Below, one piece after another: positions 1-9,440 of a stretch of DNA of 64,000 nucleotides. How positions within the stretch are numbered: the first letter of the stretch is position 1; every line of letters begins with the position of its first letter. The position numbers and the translations under genes are program-made. Source of the stretch: Nanobdellota archaeon (GTDB lineage: Archaea > Nanobdellota > Nanobdellia > UBA10117 > ARS21); the NCBI GenBank assembly GCA_014239585.1, contig JAAZYP010000001.1, forward strand, positions 7,752 to 71,751, given 5' to 3'. A model generated the notes under the pieces. The model saw only the letters and a program-made list of their open reading frames with translations. It was not told the origin of the DNA and ran no database searches.

Positions 1-1062
1 TCCTGCACCTGATGCTCCTTTTCCCGCAACATATCTTGCCTTTGGAGCTAAATTTGAAATATATCTTAGCAAAATCGATTTACCTGCGCCAGGATCACCC
101 ATCAATAGAATGTGAATATCTCCTCGCCATTCAGTTCCATCATCCTTTACTTTACGAACACCGCCAAATAATTGTAATGCAACGGACTCTTTTATTTCAT
201 CATAACCATATATTACTGGCGCAATACTATTAATCAATTTTTCATAAATTTTAGGATCTTTGGCTAAGTCTTTAATCATTTTTTCTTCTTCAATATCAAT
301 TTCTAAAGATTCAAATTCTTCTTCAGAATTTTCTACAGAATTACATTCGAGAATAATATCAAATTGAGTAGATTGAGCACCGCCTTTGGAATTTATAGGA
401 ACTTCGCGTACAATACCTACAACTTTTACTTTGTTTCCTGGAAATCGTCTTCGTTCAGCGCTCGGTTCAAGTAAATCACCATTAAGAATACATCTAAGTC
501 GTTTTGGCTGTTCTCCACCATCTAATGATTCAGATAATTCTTCGATAATTAATTGTTGAACGTCAGTCAAAATTTTATCAACTAATTTAAATTTTCCTTT
601 ATGGCGACATTGGTTACATGAAGCAGGTTCTTTCATTTTACTGTCGATCTGATCAATTCTTAATTGAGCAGAACATTTTGGGCATTCAAAAGTTCCAACC
701 GTTACTCTTGGCCGAACATCAGATGCCTGCCTAATTAAACCATCTGCCGTAATCAATAATCCGAGATGCTCGCTTCGCAAATCTCGAATTTTTATTTTTT
801 GAGATGCAGGAAGGTTAAACATTCTTCCACGAATTTTGTAATTTAGATCACCTAAATCAAATTCCTGAATCGCAGCGTTGATAAATTCAAAACTTTCCTT
901 CGGATTTGTTAATAATTTTTCGGAAAGATGAGGATCAAATCTTGCCAAGTTTGTAAAATCAATTTCTAACGCTTTTCTGCCCTTCTGTGCAGCGATAGTT
1001 AGGTCTTTAGAGTAATATTTTTCGATAAAAGTTCTATATTTACTGAGAGTATTGGATTCCAT
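1..1062 (-). CDS. mcm: MCM replicative helicase, N-terminal 354 codons; the C-terminus lies beyond the left window edge
   Basis: Absent from the ORF track because there is no stop in the window. Own minus-strand translation from the ATG at 1062-1060 gives MESNTLSKYRTFIEKYYSKDL... It shows a zinc motif (CPKC...CNQC, about 610-690), the MCM Walker A context DIHILLMGDPGAGKS, and VAGKGASGAG at the edge. Confidence 0.9.
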   Translation of the reverse strand, partial: MESNTLSKYRTFIEKYYSKDLTIAAQKGRKALEIDFTNLARFDPHLSEKLLTNPKESFEFINAAIQEFDLGDLNYKIRGRMFNLPASQKIKIRDLRSEHLGLLITADGLIRQASDVRPRVTVGTFECPKCSAQLRIDQIDSKMKEPASCNQCRHKGKFKLVDKILTDVQQLIIEELSESLDGGEQPKRLRCILNGDLLEPSAERRRFPGNKVKVVGIVREVPINSKGGAQSTQFDIILECNSVENSEEEFESLEIDIEEEKMIKDLAKDPKIYEKLINSIAPVIYGYDEIKESVALQLFGGVRKVKDDGTEWRGDIHILLMGDPGAGKSILLRYISNLAPKARYVAGKGASGAG

Positions 1063-1104
1063 CTATAATCTTTCAAAAATTAGGGTTAAAAAGAATTTAT
1101 CTTA

Positions 1105-1698
1105 TTATTCGTCTAGTTCGCCGACATCAATCAACTGTTTTCTCAAAAATTTAACTGAATCTTTAATCTGTTTTTCTGATTTTGCACCAGCAATAACAAT
1201 CTTACCTGTTCCAAATAAAAGAAAAGTAATATTTTGAAGTTGATCTTCACCTTTTAGTTTGTAAACTAATCCGGGAAATTGTTCAGGCTCATATTCAGTA
1301 TTGTCGAATAAGAACACAATCTCATTCAAATTTAATCTACCGCCAACTGAACCAGATGCAACCATGTTTTGAACCACAATTTTAGGCTTCTTTGTAATTT
1401 CAATACCAACATCTTTCAAATCCTCAACAACGTGTTTTACTGCGTCTTTTGCTGCTTTTACGGATTTTGTTCCAGCACAAATAACTCGACCTGAACTAAA
1501 TAATAAGAAACTTGCCTTTTTGAAAGACAATTCTTCATCTTTTACCTTATAAATTAATCCCGGAAATGTTTCAGGAGTATAATCTGAATTATCTAAAATA
1601 ACTGCTAATTTTTCCAAAGGAAGTTTAGCAAAAATATTTGCAGAAACGACTACGTTTTGAACTTTAGACCAAACTCGTTTATCAACTTCTGGCGCCAT
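1105..1698 (-). CDS. tbp: TATA-box binding protein
   Basis: 197 aa with two internal TBP repeats (FPGLIYKVK...LLFSSGRVICAGTKS and FPGLVYKLK...LLFGTGKIVIAGAKS). Confidence 0.95.
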   Translation of the reverse strand: MAPEVDKRVWSKVQNVVVSANIFAKLPLEKLAVILDNSDYTPETFPGLIYKVKDEELSFKKASFLLFSSGRVICAGTKSVKAAKDAVKHVVEDLKDVGIEITKKPKIVVQNMVASGSVGGRLNLNEIVFLFDNTEYEPEQFPGLVYKLKGEDQLQNITFLLFGTGKIVIAGAKSEKQIKDSVKFLRKQLIDVGELDE

Positions 1699-1736
1699 TT
1701 TAAGTTATAAGTACGGAAAAGTATATAAATACTACT

Positions 1737-4700
1737 TTAAAAAGCAAATTCAATCTTCTTTCCACGTATAACGATTTTTTCAGATTTTTCCAAAGTATTA
1801 ACGAGTTCAATTGTATTGGCATTAACTTTATGTTGTATCTCATTTAAATTCAATTTAATTTCCGAAGAAAGCTTCAAATTGATTTTATCCGATTTATGTA
1901 ATTTAGTTAATTTACGATGATCTTGAACTTTTCGAATTACTTCACGAGTAAATCCACTAATTAGCATATCTGAGTCTTCAGTTTTATCTAAAATTAACAA
2001 GTAATTATCTTTTGCGATTCCAAACGCACCTTCTGGAAGAATAGGGGTTATTTGAATATTTGATTTAGTCAAAAATATATCTTTACCTCTAATTTTTGTA
2101 CGATAACCTTTAGTTAAGTCAGTTATTGAAGCAGATTTTATTTTCTTCGCAATATCTGAAGTTAATTTACCATATTTTTTCCCAACAGCACGATAATCAA
2201 TTTCAATCGAATATTTTACGTCATCAATATTCCGTCTAAATTTAATATTTGAAACATTTGTTTGTTTTTTCAATAATTCAAGATTATTTTTTAGACTTAC
2301 ATTTTTATTTGAGACAATTATTACATTTTTAATTGGCCATCTCAAATTACGTTTCATCTTATCTCTAAGAGCCAAAATATCAGTGATTACATCTCTTAAT
2401 AATTCGAATTCAGTTTCCAATTTATTATCAATTTGTCCCAAATTTGATTTAGGAAGTCGTTCCAAGTGAATACTCTTTTCAGAGATAGATGGATAATTTC
2501 TCAAATTAGTATATAATTTATCTGATACAAATGGCGAAATTGGGGCCAATAATTTTAGCGTAGTAATGAGACTTTTCAATAAAACATAACCTACTGTTGA
2601 ATCATTTTTACCAATTCGTTCTCTAACCAATTGAATATAAGTTCTACTCAAATCATTAACTATAAACTCATGAATTCCTCGACCCATTCGTTGATATTCA
2701 AATTCTTCAAATGATGAGTGATAAGTTTTAATCAAATTATTTAATCTAGATATAATCCATTTATCTTCCGGACGAGTTAATCTTTTATTCAACACCAAAG
2801 GATATTCAGTTTTAAGATAATTATGCAAATTCCAGAGTGTGTTTATGGTCGAATAAGTCTCACGTTTTACTTCATCGACATTAAATTTTGCCAGTTCGTA
2901 AGGCGGAGCATTACTTGTATAATAAAATCTAATTAAATCGGCACCCAAACTATCAATACCTTCGTTTGCCCAAACAACATTACCTACCGATTTAGACATT
3001 TTATTTCCGTGTGCATCAACAGTAAATGCGGGCATCGATACCGTACGATATGGCGCTTTACCAAAAATTGCAACAGAAGTGTAAAGTAATGAAAAGAACC
3101 AACCTCGTATTTGATCCGTACCTTCGTTAACTCGATCTACCGGAAAATATTTCATAAATTGAGCTTTATTTTTATTTGGTGCACCCATCCATGCCCAAGG
3201 AGCAACTCCTGAATCGAACCAAACATCAAAAATATCTTCAACTGAATTCATTAAATCACCACACGTACATTTTAATTTTAATTCTCTAACGTTATGTAAA
3301 TCATAATTTTCCGGCAAACGTTTTTTCAATTTTTGTTCCAATTCCCTTTTTGATCCCACTGCAAAATTTTTATCACACGATCTACATTCCCAAATTGGTA
3401 CAGGAATCCCCCAAAATCTTTGACGAGTAAAATTCCAATCTTCATAATTGCTTAACCAAGTTGCCATACGATCTTTGGCGAATTCAGGAAGCCAATTAAC
3501 TTTATCATTTTCAGATAGTAACTTTTTACGAATTTTATCTGTTTTGAAAAACCACTGAGTACTTAATCTAAATAATAACGGTGTTTTACATCGCCAACAA
3601 CAAGGATAAGCGTGTCTAATCTTTTCCGAAAATAAAAGTTTATTTTCTTTATCTAAATCAGAAATTATTTCAGAATCTGCATCTTTAACATATTTTCCTG
3701 AATATTTTCCCACGTCTTTAGTAAATTTACCTTCATCGTTAACTGGACTAACTGCAGTTAACCCCAACATTTTTCCAAATTCATTATCTGTTTTTCCATG
3801 TCCGGGAGCCATATGAACTAACCCAGTTCCGCTTTCAACAGTTACAAATTCGGCGTATACATCTCCTGCCTTTTTCCCAAGTTTCTCAGCAACCTTAGGC
3901 GCAATTCGCTCCTTCAGTAAAGGAACACTCAAATAAACTTTTCGTGAGTTAAGATATTGCCCAACAACATTTTGAATTTTATTATCGAACAACGGTTCAT
4001 ATTCTACGCCATTCAATGTTTTTCCTTTAAATTTCTCCAAAATTCGATATTTAATATTTTTATTTTTCAAAAGTTCTAAACGATTTTCTGCGAGTATTAG
4101 ATTACCATTTGAAGTTTTAACTTTTACATAATTATCTTTTCCCGAAACCGCAATTGCAACATTAGCAGGAAGAGTCCAAGGCGTAGTAGTATAGACTAAC
4201 AGAGATGTATCTTGATCTTTCAATTTAAATTTAACATAAACTGCGGGATCAGTTAATTCTTGATAAGAATCGGTGACTTCATAACCGGCGCTAGAGGTTC
4301 CACAATGAGTACACCAGTGAACTGGTTTTGTGCCTTTATAGATCATATTTTTGTTCCAAATTTGTTTGAAACCCCACCATCCACTCTCCAAATAAGAATT
4401 ATTATAAGTTAAATAAGGATCATCGTCCCAACCGACCCAACAACCATATTTATTATACAAATTTTTCCATGAATCCATGCTCTCTGAAGTTAATTTCTTA
4501 CATTCTCTGGCAAAATTTTTCAAGCCGAATTTCAAAATATCTTTCTTATTTTTGAAACCCAATTTTTTCTCAACCATATTCTCGATAGGTAATCCGTGTG
4601 TGTCAAAACCTGCAGTAAATAATACATCTCGACCCATCATGAATTGGTATCGTTGATTCAAATCTTTGTAAAAAATTCCTCGTAAATGTCCCACATGAGA

Positions 4701-4844
4701 CTCAGCATTAGCATAAGGTGGGCCCTCAAGCAAGAAGTAAGGTTTTCCGCCCTTATTTCGACGTTGAAGTAATTTTAGAAGATTCATATTTCTCCATTTT
4801 TTAGACAATTCCCTTTCAAGAGACTTAAAATTGTAATCGTTCAT
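1737..4844 (-). CDS. ileS: Isoleucyl-tRNA synthetase
   Basis: 1035 aa class I aaRS with a HIGH-type motif (HVGH), KMSKS, and IleRS-type editing and zinc regions. Confidence 0.95.
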   Translation of the reverse strand: MNDYNFKSLERELSKKWRNMNLLKLLQRRNKGGKPYFLLEGPPYANAESHVGHLRGIFYKDLNQRYQFMMGRDVLFTAGFDTHGLPIENMVEKKLGFKNKKDILKFGLKNFARECKKLTSESMDSWKNLYNKYGCWVGWDDDPYLTYNNSYLESGWWGFKQIWNKNMIYKGTKPVHWCTHCGTSSAGYEVTDSYQELTDPAVYVKFKLKDQDTSLLVYTTTPWTLPANVAIAVSGKDNYVKVKTSNGNLILAENRLELLKNKNIKYRILEKFKGKTLNGVEYEPLFDNKIQNVVGQYLNSRKVYLSVPLLKERIAPKVAEKLGKKAGDVYAEFVTVESGTGLVHMAPGHGKTDNEFGKMLGLTAVSPVNDEGKFTKDVGKYSGKYVKDADSEIISDLDKENKLLFSEKIRHAYPCCWRCKTPLLFRLSTQWFFKTDKIRKKLLSENDKVNWLPEFAKDRMATWLSNYEDWNFTRQRFWGIPVPIWECRSCDKNFAVGSKRELEQKLKKRLPENYDLHNVRELKLKCTCGDLMNSVEDIFDVWFDSGVAPWAWMGAPNKNKAQFMKYFPVDRVNEGTDQIRGWFFSLLYTSVAIFGKAPYRTVSMPAFTVDAHGNKMSKSVGNVVWANEGIDSLGADLIRFYYTSNAPPYELAKFNVDEVKRETYSTINTLWNLHNYLKTEYPLVLNKRLTRPEDKWIISRLNNLIKTYHSSFEEFEYQRMGRGIHEFIVNDLSRTYIQLVRERIGKNDSTVGYVLLKSLITTLKLLAPISPFVSDKLYTNLRNYPSISEKSIHLERLPKSNLGQIDNKLETEFELLRDVITDILALRDKMKRNLRWPIKNVIIVSNKNVSLKNNLELLKKQTNVSNIKFRRNIDDVKYSIEIDYRAVGKKYGKLTSDIAKKIKSASITDLTKGYRTKIRGKDIFLTKSNIQITPILPEGAFGIAKDNYLLILDKTEDSDMLISGFTREVIRKVQDHRKLTKLHKSDKINLKLSSEIKLNLNEIQHKVNANTIELVNTLEKSEKIVIRGKKIEFAF

Positions 4845-5010
4845 GCTCGAACCACTCCATTAAAATTTAAATAACTACTGCTAAACAAAAATTTACAAAT
4901 TTTGACTAACGGGATAACCACCTGACATAAATTTAATAGTTAAATCAAAATTATAACTCTTTTGAGTAAGCAAAACAAATGCTTTTAATTTGAAATCAAA
5001 ATCTGAAGCT

Positions 5011-6036
5011 ATGTCTAAGTTTGAAATCTGGACTGAAAAATATCGTCCGTCAAAATTATCTGAAGTAAAAGGTCAAGATGAGATTATTAATCGATTAAGC
5101 GCATTTATCAAAAGCGAATCGATGCCACATCTACTTTTTGCGGGAATGCAAGGAACTGGAAAGACAACTTCATTTTTGGCAATGGCAAAAGAAATGTATG
5201 GCGATAATTATCGAGATAATGTATTGGAATTAAATGCATCAGATGAACGAGGAATAAATATAGTCAGAACTTCAATTAAAGATTTTGCAAGAACAAAAAC
5301 TGTGACTGAAAACGTACCCTTCAAGTTAATTTTTTTAGATGAGGCAGATGCATTAACAAAAGATGCTCAACACGCATTGAGACGAATGATGGAAGATTAT
5401 ACTTCAAATGTAAGATTTTGTTTAAGTTGCAATTATTCTTCGCGAATCATACCTCCAATTCAATCTAGATGCGCAATTTTCAGATTCCAACCGATTAGAA
5501 AGGACGTCATGAAAGAAGTTATTTTATCAATTGCTCGAGAAGAAAAAATTGATTTAGATCATACTGCAATGGATTATATTTATGATGCAGCTGAAGGGGA
5601 TTTAAGAAAAGCGGAAAATATTTTTCAAGCTACAACTGCAATTGCAGATAAACCCTCAGATTCAATTCCGGGAACAATGAGAGTTACGATTAATGAAGTT
5701 CGCGAAGTTGTTTCGTTTGCAGAACCAACAGAACTGTATGAAATATTAAAATTAGGATTAAGTGGAAATTTCAAAGCCTCGAAAGATAAACTTTCCGATG
5801 TTTTAGTAAAATATGGTCTTTCAGGTGCAGATGCAATTTCTCAATTCCAAAAACAAATTTGGAATTCAGAAGAATTTGAAGATAAACTTAAAGTAAAATT
5901 GATAAAGTCTTGCGGAGAATATGATTTCAGAATTTCTGAGGGTTCAAATGAATTTATTCAATTGAATGCATTTCTTGCAGACGTAAACCTGATTGGCACA
6001 AACTCTAGATTCCAGAATAGAGATTCAAACATATAA
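5011..6036 (+). CDS. rfcS: Replication factor C small subunit
   Basis: EIWTEKYRP box, Walker A GMQGTGKTT, Walker B FLDEADAL, and the SRC motif (QSRC). The track ORF starts at TTG 4990. The first ATG at 5011 is preferred. Confidence 0.9.
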   Translation: MSKFEIWTEKYRPSKLSEVKGQDEIINRLSAFIKSESMPHLLFAGMQGTGKTTSFLAMAKEMYGDNYRDNVLELNASDERGINIVRTSIKDFARTKTVTENVPFKLIFLDEADALTKDAQHALRRMMEDYTSNVRFCLSCNYSSRIIPPIQSRCAIFRFQPIRKDVMKEVILSIAREEKIDLDHTAMDYIYDAAEGDLRKAENIFQATTAIADKPSDSIPGTMRVTINEVREVVSFAEPTELYEILKLGLSGNFKASKDKLSDVLVKYGLSGADAISQFQKQIWNSEEFEDKLKVKLIKSCGEYDFRISEGSNEFIQLNAFLADVNLIGTNSRFQNRDSNI

Positions 6037-6082
6037 AATAAAGGCGAATAATGCTTTTAAGTGAAACAAAATAAACAATCTA

Positions 6083-6499
6083 ATGAAGGCGAAATCCGGG
6101 AAAGATGTATCGTTACATTTTACAGGTTTTTTAGAAAATGGCGATGTTTTTGATACGTCTAAAGGAAAAAAGCCAATAAATTTTAAGTTAGGATCAACTG
6201 ATGTTATTTCGGGATTTAATGAAGGAGTTCTTGGAATGGAAATTGGAGAAATTAGAAGAATTGAGATTCCACCTGAGAGAGGATATGGAGTGTATCATGA
6301 CGATTTAATACGTAAATTTCCACACACTAATTTTGACGGGGGAGTCGGAGAAGGTTTGACCGTTCACGGAATGATTGAAGGAGAGATGGTAACGGGAAAA
6401 ATTATTGATGTGGCAAAGGAACAAGTTCTCGTAGATTTTAATCATCCACTAGCGGGCGAAAAATTAACTTTTGAAGTCAAATTACTTTCAGTTGATTAG
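6083..6499 (+). CDS. FKBP-type peptidyl-prolyl isomerase, short SlyD-like form with an insert-in-flap
   Basis: GFLENGDVFDTS...F.LG...VI.GFNEGVLGM, ending DFNHPLAGEKLTFEVKLL. Confidence 0.85.
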   Translation: MKAKSGKDVSLHFTGFLENGDVFDTSKGKKPINFKLGSTDVISGFNEGVLGMEIGEIRRIEIPPERGYGVYHDDLIRKFPHTNFDGGVGEGLTVHGMIEGEMVTGKIIDVAKEQVLVDFNHPLAGEKLTFEVKLLSVD

Positions 6500-6554
6500 T
6501 GGACACTGGACAAATATGTACGACTCTTTTTAATCAAAATTTTTAAATAAATTT

Positions 6555-6737
6555 ATGAAAAAAATTAATCTATTAAGCAAGGCCTTATTTAGAAAAGGTT
6601 ACGTCAAAATTAAAGACGATAAAACTGTTTTATTTCCGGCACAATTGAATCGTGTTTATAATATCGATCCAAATAAGATGAATAATCATGAAGTTGAAAT
6701 GATTTTCGGAAGAGTATTGAGAGGATTAGATTATTGA
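6555..6737 (+). CDS. Hypothetical small protein
   Basis: 60-aa ORF in an otherwise uncovered gap. Its stop overlaps the next start. No recognisable motif. Confidence 0.35.
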   Translation: MKKINLLSKALFRKGYVKIKDDKTVLFPAQLNRVYNIDPNKMNNHEVEMIFGRVLRGLDY

Positions 6738-6919
6738 TGGTGACTGTTAATCAAATTATTAATTTTGCAAATTCAAATCGTGATGCATTTCGTGAAATAA
6801 TAAATATCACCAAAGAAAAAGACCCATTAATAGATATTCTTGATGAACAAAGTTCTGAAATTAAATTTTTAAGAACTCAAGTATCTAGTCTGAGAACCAG
6901 ACTAAACACAAGTATATAA
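6734..6919 (+). CDS. Hypothetical small protein with a helical or coiled-coil C-terminus
   Basis: 61-aa ORF overlapping the preceding ORF by 4 nt. No recognisable motif. Confidence 0.35.
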   Translation: MMVTVNQIINFANSNRDAFREIINITKEKDPLIDILDEQSSEIKFLRTQVSSLRTRLNTSI

Positions 6920-6940
6920 ATTCAGTTCCAAAAATAATAT

Positions 6941-8101
6941 ATGCTTATCAAAAAGTATATTCCTAAAAAAATCAGCGAAATTGTTGGACAATATGCGGGA
7001 ATAACTAAATTAACAAATTTTGTTCAACGAAAATCCAAAAATGCTGCGATAATTTACGGTGAACCGGGTGTTGGTAAAACTCTTGCAGTTAGAGTTTATG
7101 CTTCAGAAATAGGATATGAACTTTATGAAATTCCACCATCCTCTACACGAAATAAATCTAGAATAATGGACCAATTAAAACCCGCTACAACTCAACCATC
7201 GTTATTGGGAGACAAAAAAATAATTTTAATTGATGAATTAGAATCATTTTCGGGTTCATCAGACCGAGGAGGGATAACAGCACTTATTGAAATAATTAAA
7301 AATACAAGATATCCAATTATTATTACTGCAAATGATCCATGGAACTCAAAATACAAAACTCTAAGAAAATATTGCGAATTAATAAAGTTTAATCCTGTAG
7401 AATATAAATCAATAGAAAGATATTTAGGAAAAGTATCTCAACTTGAAAAAATAGAAGTGGATCCGATTGTACTTAAAAAAATTGCAGCAAGATCTCAGGG
7501 AGATGTTCGTTCAGCATTAACTGATTTAGAAGTATTAAGTATACAAAAAGACAAAATTAGAAATGAAGATATTTATGATCTATTTAGAGAGCGAGAAGAA
7601 AGTATTTTTTACGCAGTTAAAATAACATTAAAATCATTTGATTCAAAATTAGCATTATCTACTTTTTCAGACGTAAAAGTTGATTCATCCGAATATACGT
7701 TATGGATTGATCAAAATATGTATCATGAATATTTGGATCCCGAAGCATTAAGGGAAGGATATATCAATATATCAGATTCAGACATTACTCGAAATCGAAT
7801 ATCTAAGAATCAGAATTGGAGTTTAGCATATTATGCAAATGTATCTGCAACTGCAGGCGTCCAACAATCAAAAACTGAAGTATCTCAAACAATTTCAACA
7901 TATAGACGACCTGAATTAATGTTAAAAATATTTTCATTAGCAGCAAAACGTAGAAAAGCAAAAGGAATATCTGAACAAATGTCAGATAAACTTCATACTT
8001 CTGCAAGATCATTAATTCGAGATTTTTATCCTTATTTTAATTTTATTAAAGAAAAAAATCCGAAGATGGGAAAAGAGTTGACTAAATATTTAGAGAGCTA
8101 A
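6941..8101 (+). CDS. rfcL: Replication factor C large subunit (short form, 386 aa)
   Basis: AAA+ clamp-loader motifs: GEPGVGKT, IDELE, and the sensor region SQGDVRSALTDLE. Confidence 0.8.
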   Translation: MLIKKYIPKKISEIVGQYAGITKLTNFVQRKSKNAAIIYGEPGVGKTLAVRVYASEIGYELYEIPPSSTRNKSRIMDQLKPATTQPSLLGDKKIILIDELESFSGSSDRGGITALIEIIKNTRYPIIITANDPWNSKYKTLRKYCELIKFNPVEYKSIERYLGKVSQLEKIEVDPIVLKKIAARSQGDVRSALTDLEVLSIQKDKIRNEDIYDLFREREESIFYAVKITLKSFDSKLALSTFSDVKVDSSEYTLWIDQNMYHEYLDPEALREGYINISDSDITRNRISKNQNWSLAYYANVSATAGVQQSKTEVSQTISTYRRPELMLKIFSLAAKRRKAKGISEQMSDKLHTSARSLIRDFYPYFNFIKEKNPKMGKELTKYLES

Positions 8102-8138
8102 TAATAATTCTTTTAAACTGAAAAATTCCGAGTTAAAT

Positions 8139-8400
8139 GGGCTAGACAGGCCGGGTAAGCGCGGCTGTTATCTTGTATGCTAAGATGTCGAAGCTTAGAG
8201 GGCGGCATGGACTGTATGCTTTGTCCCTGACATTTAATGTCGAAGCGTTGCCTTTTTCGGCGGGTTATTGTGAGAACCGGGTCAGACGGGGAACCGAGCA
8301 GCCATAATCATGTTTATTCGTGCTTTAGAGTAGCGGCGTGGAGTTATTTGTTAGTAAGATAAAGTTTTCAAGAATTGTCCACCTCTAAGTGTGCCCTTTC
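8139..8400 (+). ncRNA. Signal recognition particle RNA (archaeal 7S type); ends approximate
   Basis: GC-rich island in AT-rich DNA. The 5' end GGGCUAGACAGGCCGGG lies about 25 nt after the TATA-like TTTTAAA (8111-8117). The helix-8 signature is CCGGGUCAGACGGGGAACCGAGCAGCC, with a GGAA tetraloop and AGCAGCC. The 3' GCCC is followed by T-rich sequence. Confidence 0.8.
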
Positions 8401-8450
8401 TACTTTCAGATCACATAAAACTTTAATACTGTACTCCGTTTTTCTAAGCT

Positions 8451-8780
8451 ATGTCTTATAAAATTGGTAGTGGTGGAATTTTTCCATATATTGAAATGGA
8501 AGATTATGCAATACACATTATGACTAATTTTGACCAACCAAACTCCGAAATGGATTTTTCAATTACTTCAGGAAGAATTATTGCATTTCATAGATCAGAT
8601 ATACCTCAAAGTGATTTAATTGATTTAATTAAGGAAGATAAAATATATCCTGAATTAACAAATGCAAATTTATCAACATTAATTGAAAAAAATAAAAATA
8701 AAATTTTACATTTTGTTGAAAATCACGACGATTATATGCGTGGACCACCTTATCCAGATTATGAAAATATCAAAGACTGA
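8451..8780 (+). CDS. Hypothetical protein
   Basis: 109-aa ORF with no recognisable motif. Confidence 0.4.
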   Translation: MSYKIGSGGIFPYIEMEDYAIHIMTNFDQPNSEMDFSITSGRIIAFHRSDIPQSDLIDLIKEDKIYPELTNANLSTLIEKNKNKILHFVENHDDYMRGPPYPDYENIKD

Positions 8781-8846
8781 TTTGTTAAATTTTGGAAACT
8801 CAAAATATTTGATTTATGCCTCAATAATTATTTCAATTATGTGGGT

Positions 8847-9083
8847 TTATCTTCTCCCTAAATAAAATCCTGCAATATTAAAGATTATATCTGTAAATCG
8901 ATTAATGTTTGATTCAGGAAAGAAACTAGAATCACTGTAAAAACTGACTATAAATTCAAAAATTTCCCATACAATTGATAAAACAAAAAACCATTTCCAA
9001 GATAATTTTGTATATTTTGCAGCCAAAAACCATATCAAAAAATGAACTGGACTATATGCGCTGAATGGACCCATTGCTGTCAT
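8847..9083 (-). CDS. Hypothetical small membrane protein
   Basis: 78 aa with two or three hydrophobic segments. Confidence 0.45.
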   Translation of the reverse strand: MTAMGPFSAYSPVHFLIWFLAAKYTKLSWKWFFVLSIVWEIFEFIVSFYSDSSFFPESNINRFTDIIFNIAGFYLGRR

Positions 9084-9150
9084 GAGTTGATCAAGATATA
9101 TTAATTAAAATAATGTTCCGTTTTTGAGATCACTTTCACTAAAAGTGATA

Positions 9151-9233
9151 CGCCAGGGGTGGGATTTGAACCCACGCTCCCAATGGGACAGGATTAGCAA
9201 TCCTGCGCAATAACCAGACTATGCGACCCTGGC
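9151..9233 (-). tRNA. tRNA-Ser (anticodon GCU)
   Basis: Hand-folded reverse complement: acceptor GCCAGGG/CCCTGGC, anticodon arm CAGGA-TTGCTAA-TCCTG, long variable arm TCCC..GGGA, T arm GTGGG-TTCAAAT-CCCAC, discriminator G. No encoded CCA. Confidence 0.9.
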
Positions 9234-9286
9234 AGCGCCTCTTCTCCTCGGGGTTTGAGGGCCGAAAAACGGCGAAGAAGAGACAA

Positions 9287-9360
9287 TGGGACTGGCAGGA
9301 TTTGAACCAGCGACAACTCGATCTTCAGTCGAGCGCTCTTCCAGACTGAGCTACAGTCCC
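9287..9360 (-). tRNA. tRNA-Phe (anticodon GAA)
   Basis: Hand-folded: acceptor GGGACTG/CAGTCCC, D arm GCTC..GAGC, anticodon arm CTCGA-CTGAAGA-TCGAG, T loop TTCAAAT, discriminator A. Confidence 0.9.
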
Positions 9361-9440
9361 ATGGAAACTCGTTATATGACATTTATAAAATTTTGGATTA
9401 AGGTCATAATCGTTATATAATTTCATTGAGAGTGAAGTTT

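Noticed and set aside
6555-6919. Two overlapping 60/61-aa ORFs, considered as a toxin-antitoxin pair.
   Set aside because: Neither has a recognisable toxin or antitoxin motif (no PIN, RelE, HicA, RHH or AbrB pattern). The only evidence is size and a 4-nt overlap, which is the norm in this genome. They are kept as low-confidence hypothetical CDSs.
9194-9382. 62-aa minus-strand ORF in the track.
   Set aside because: It lies entirely over tRNA-Ser, the structured spacer and tRNA-Phe, so it is a spurious reading frame through RNA genes.
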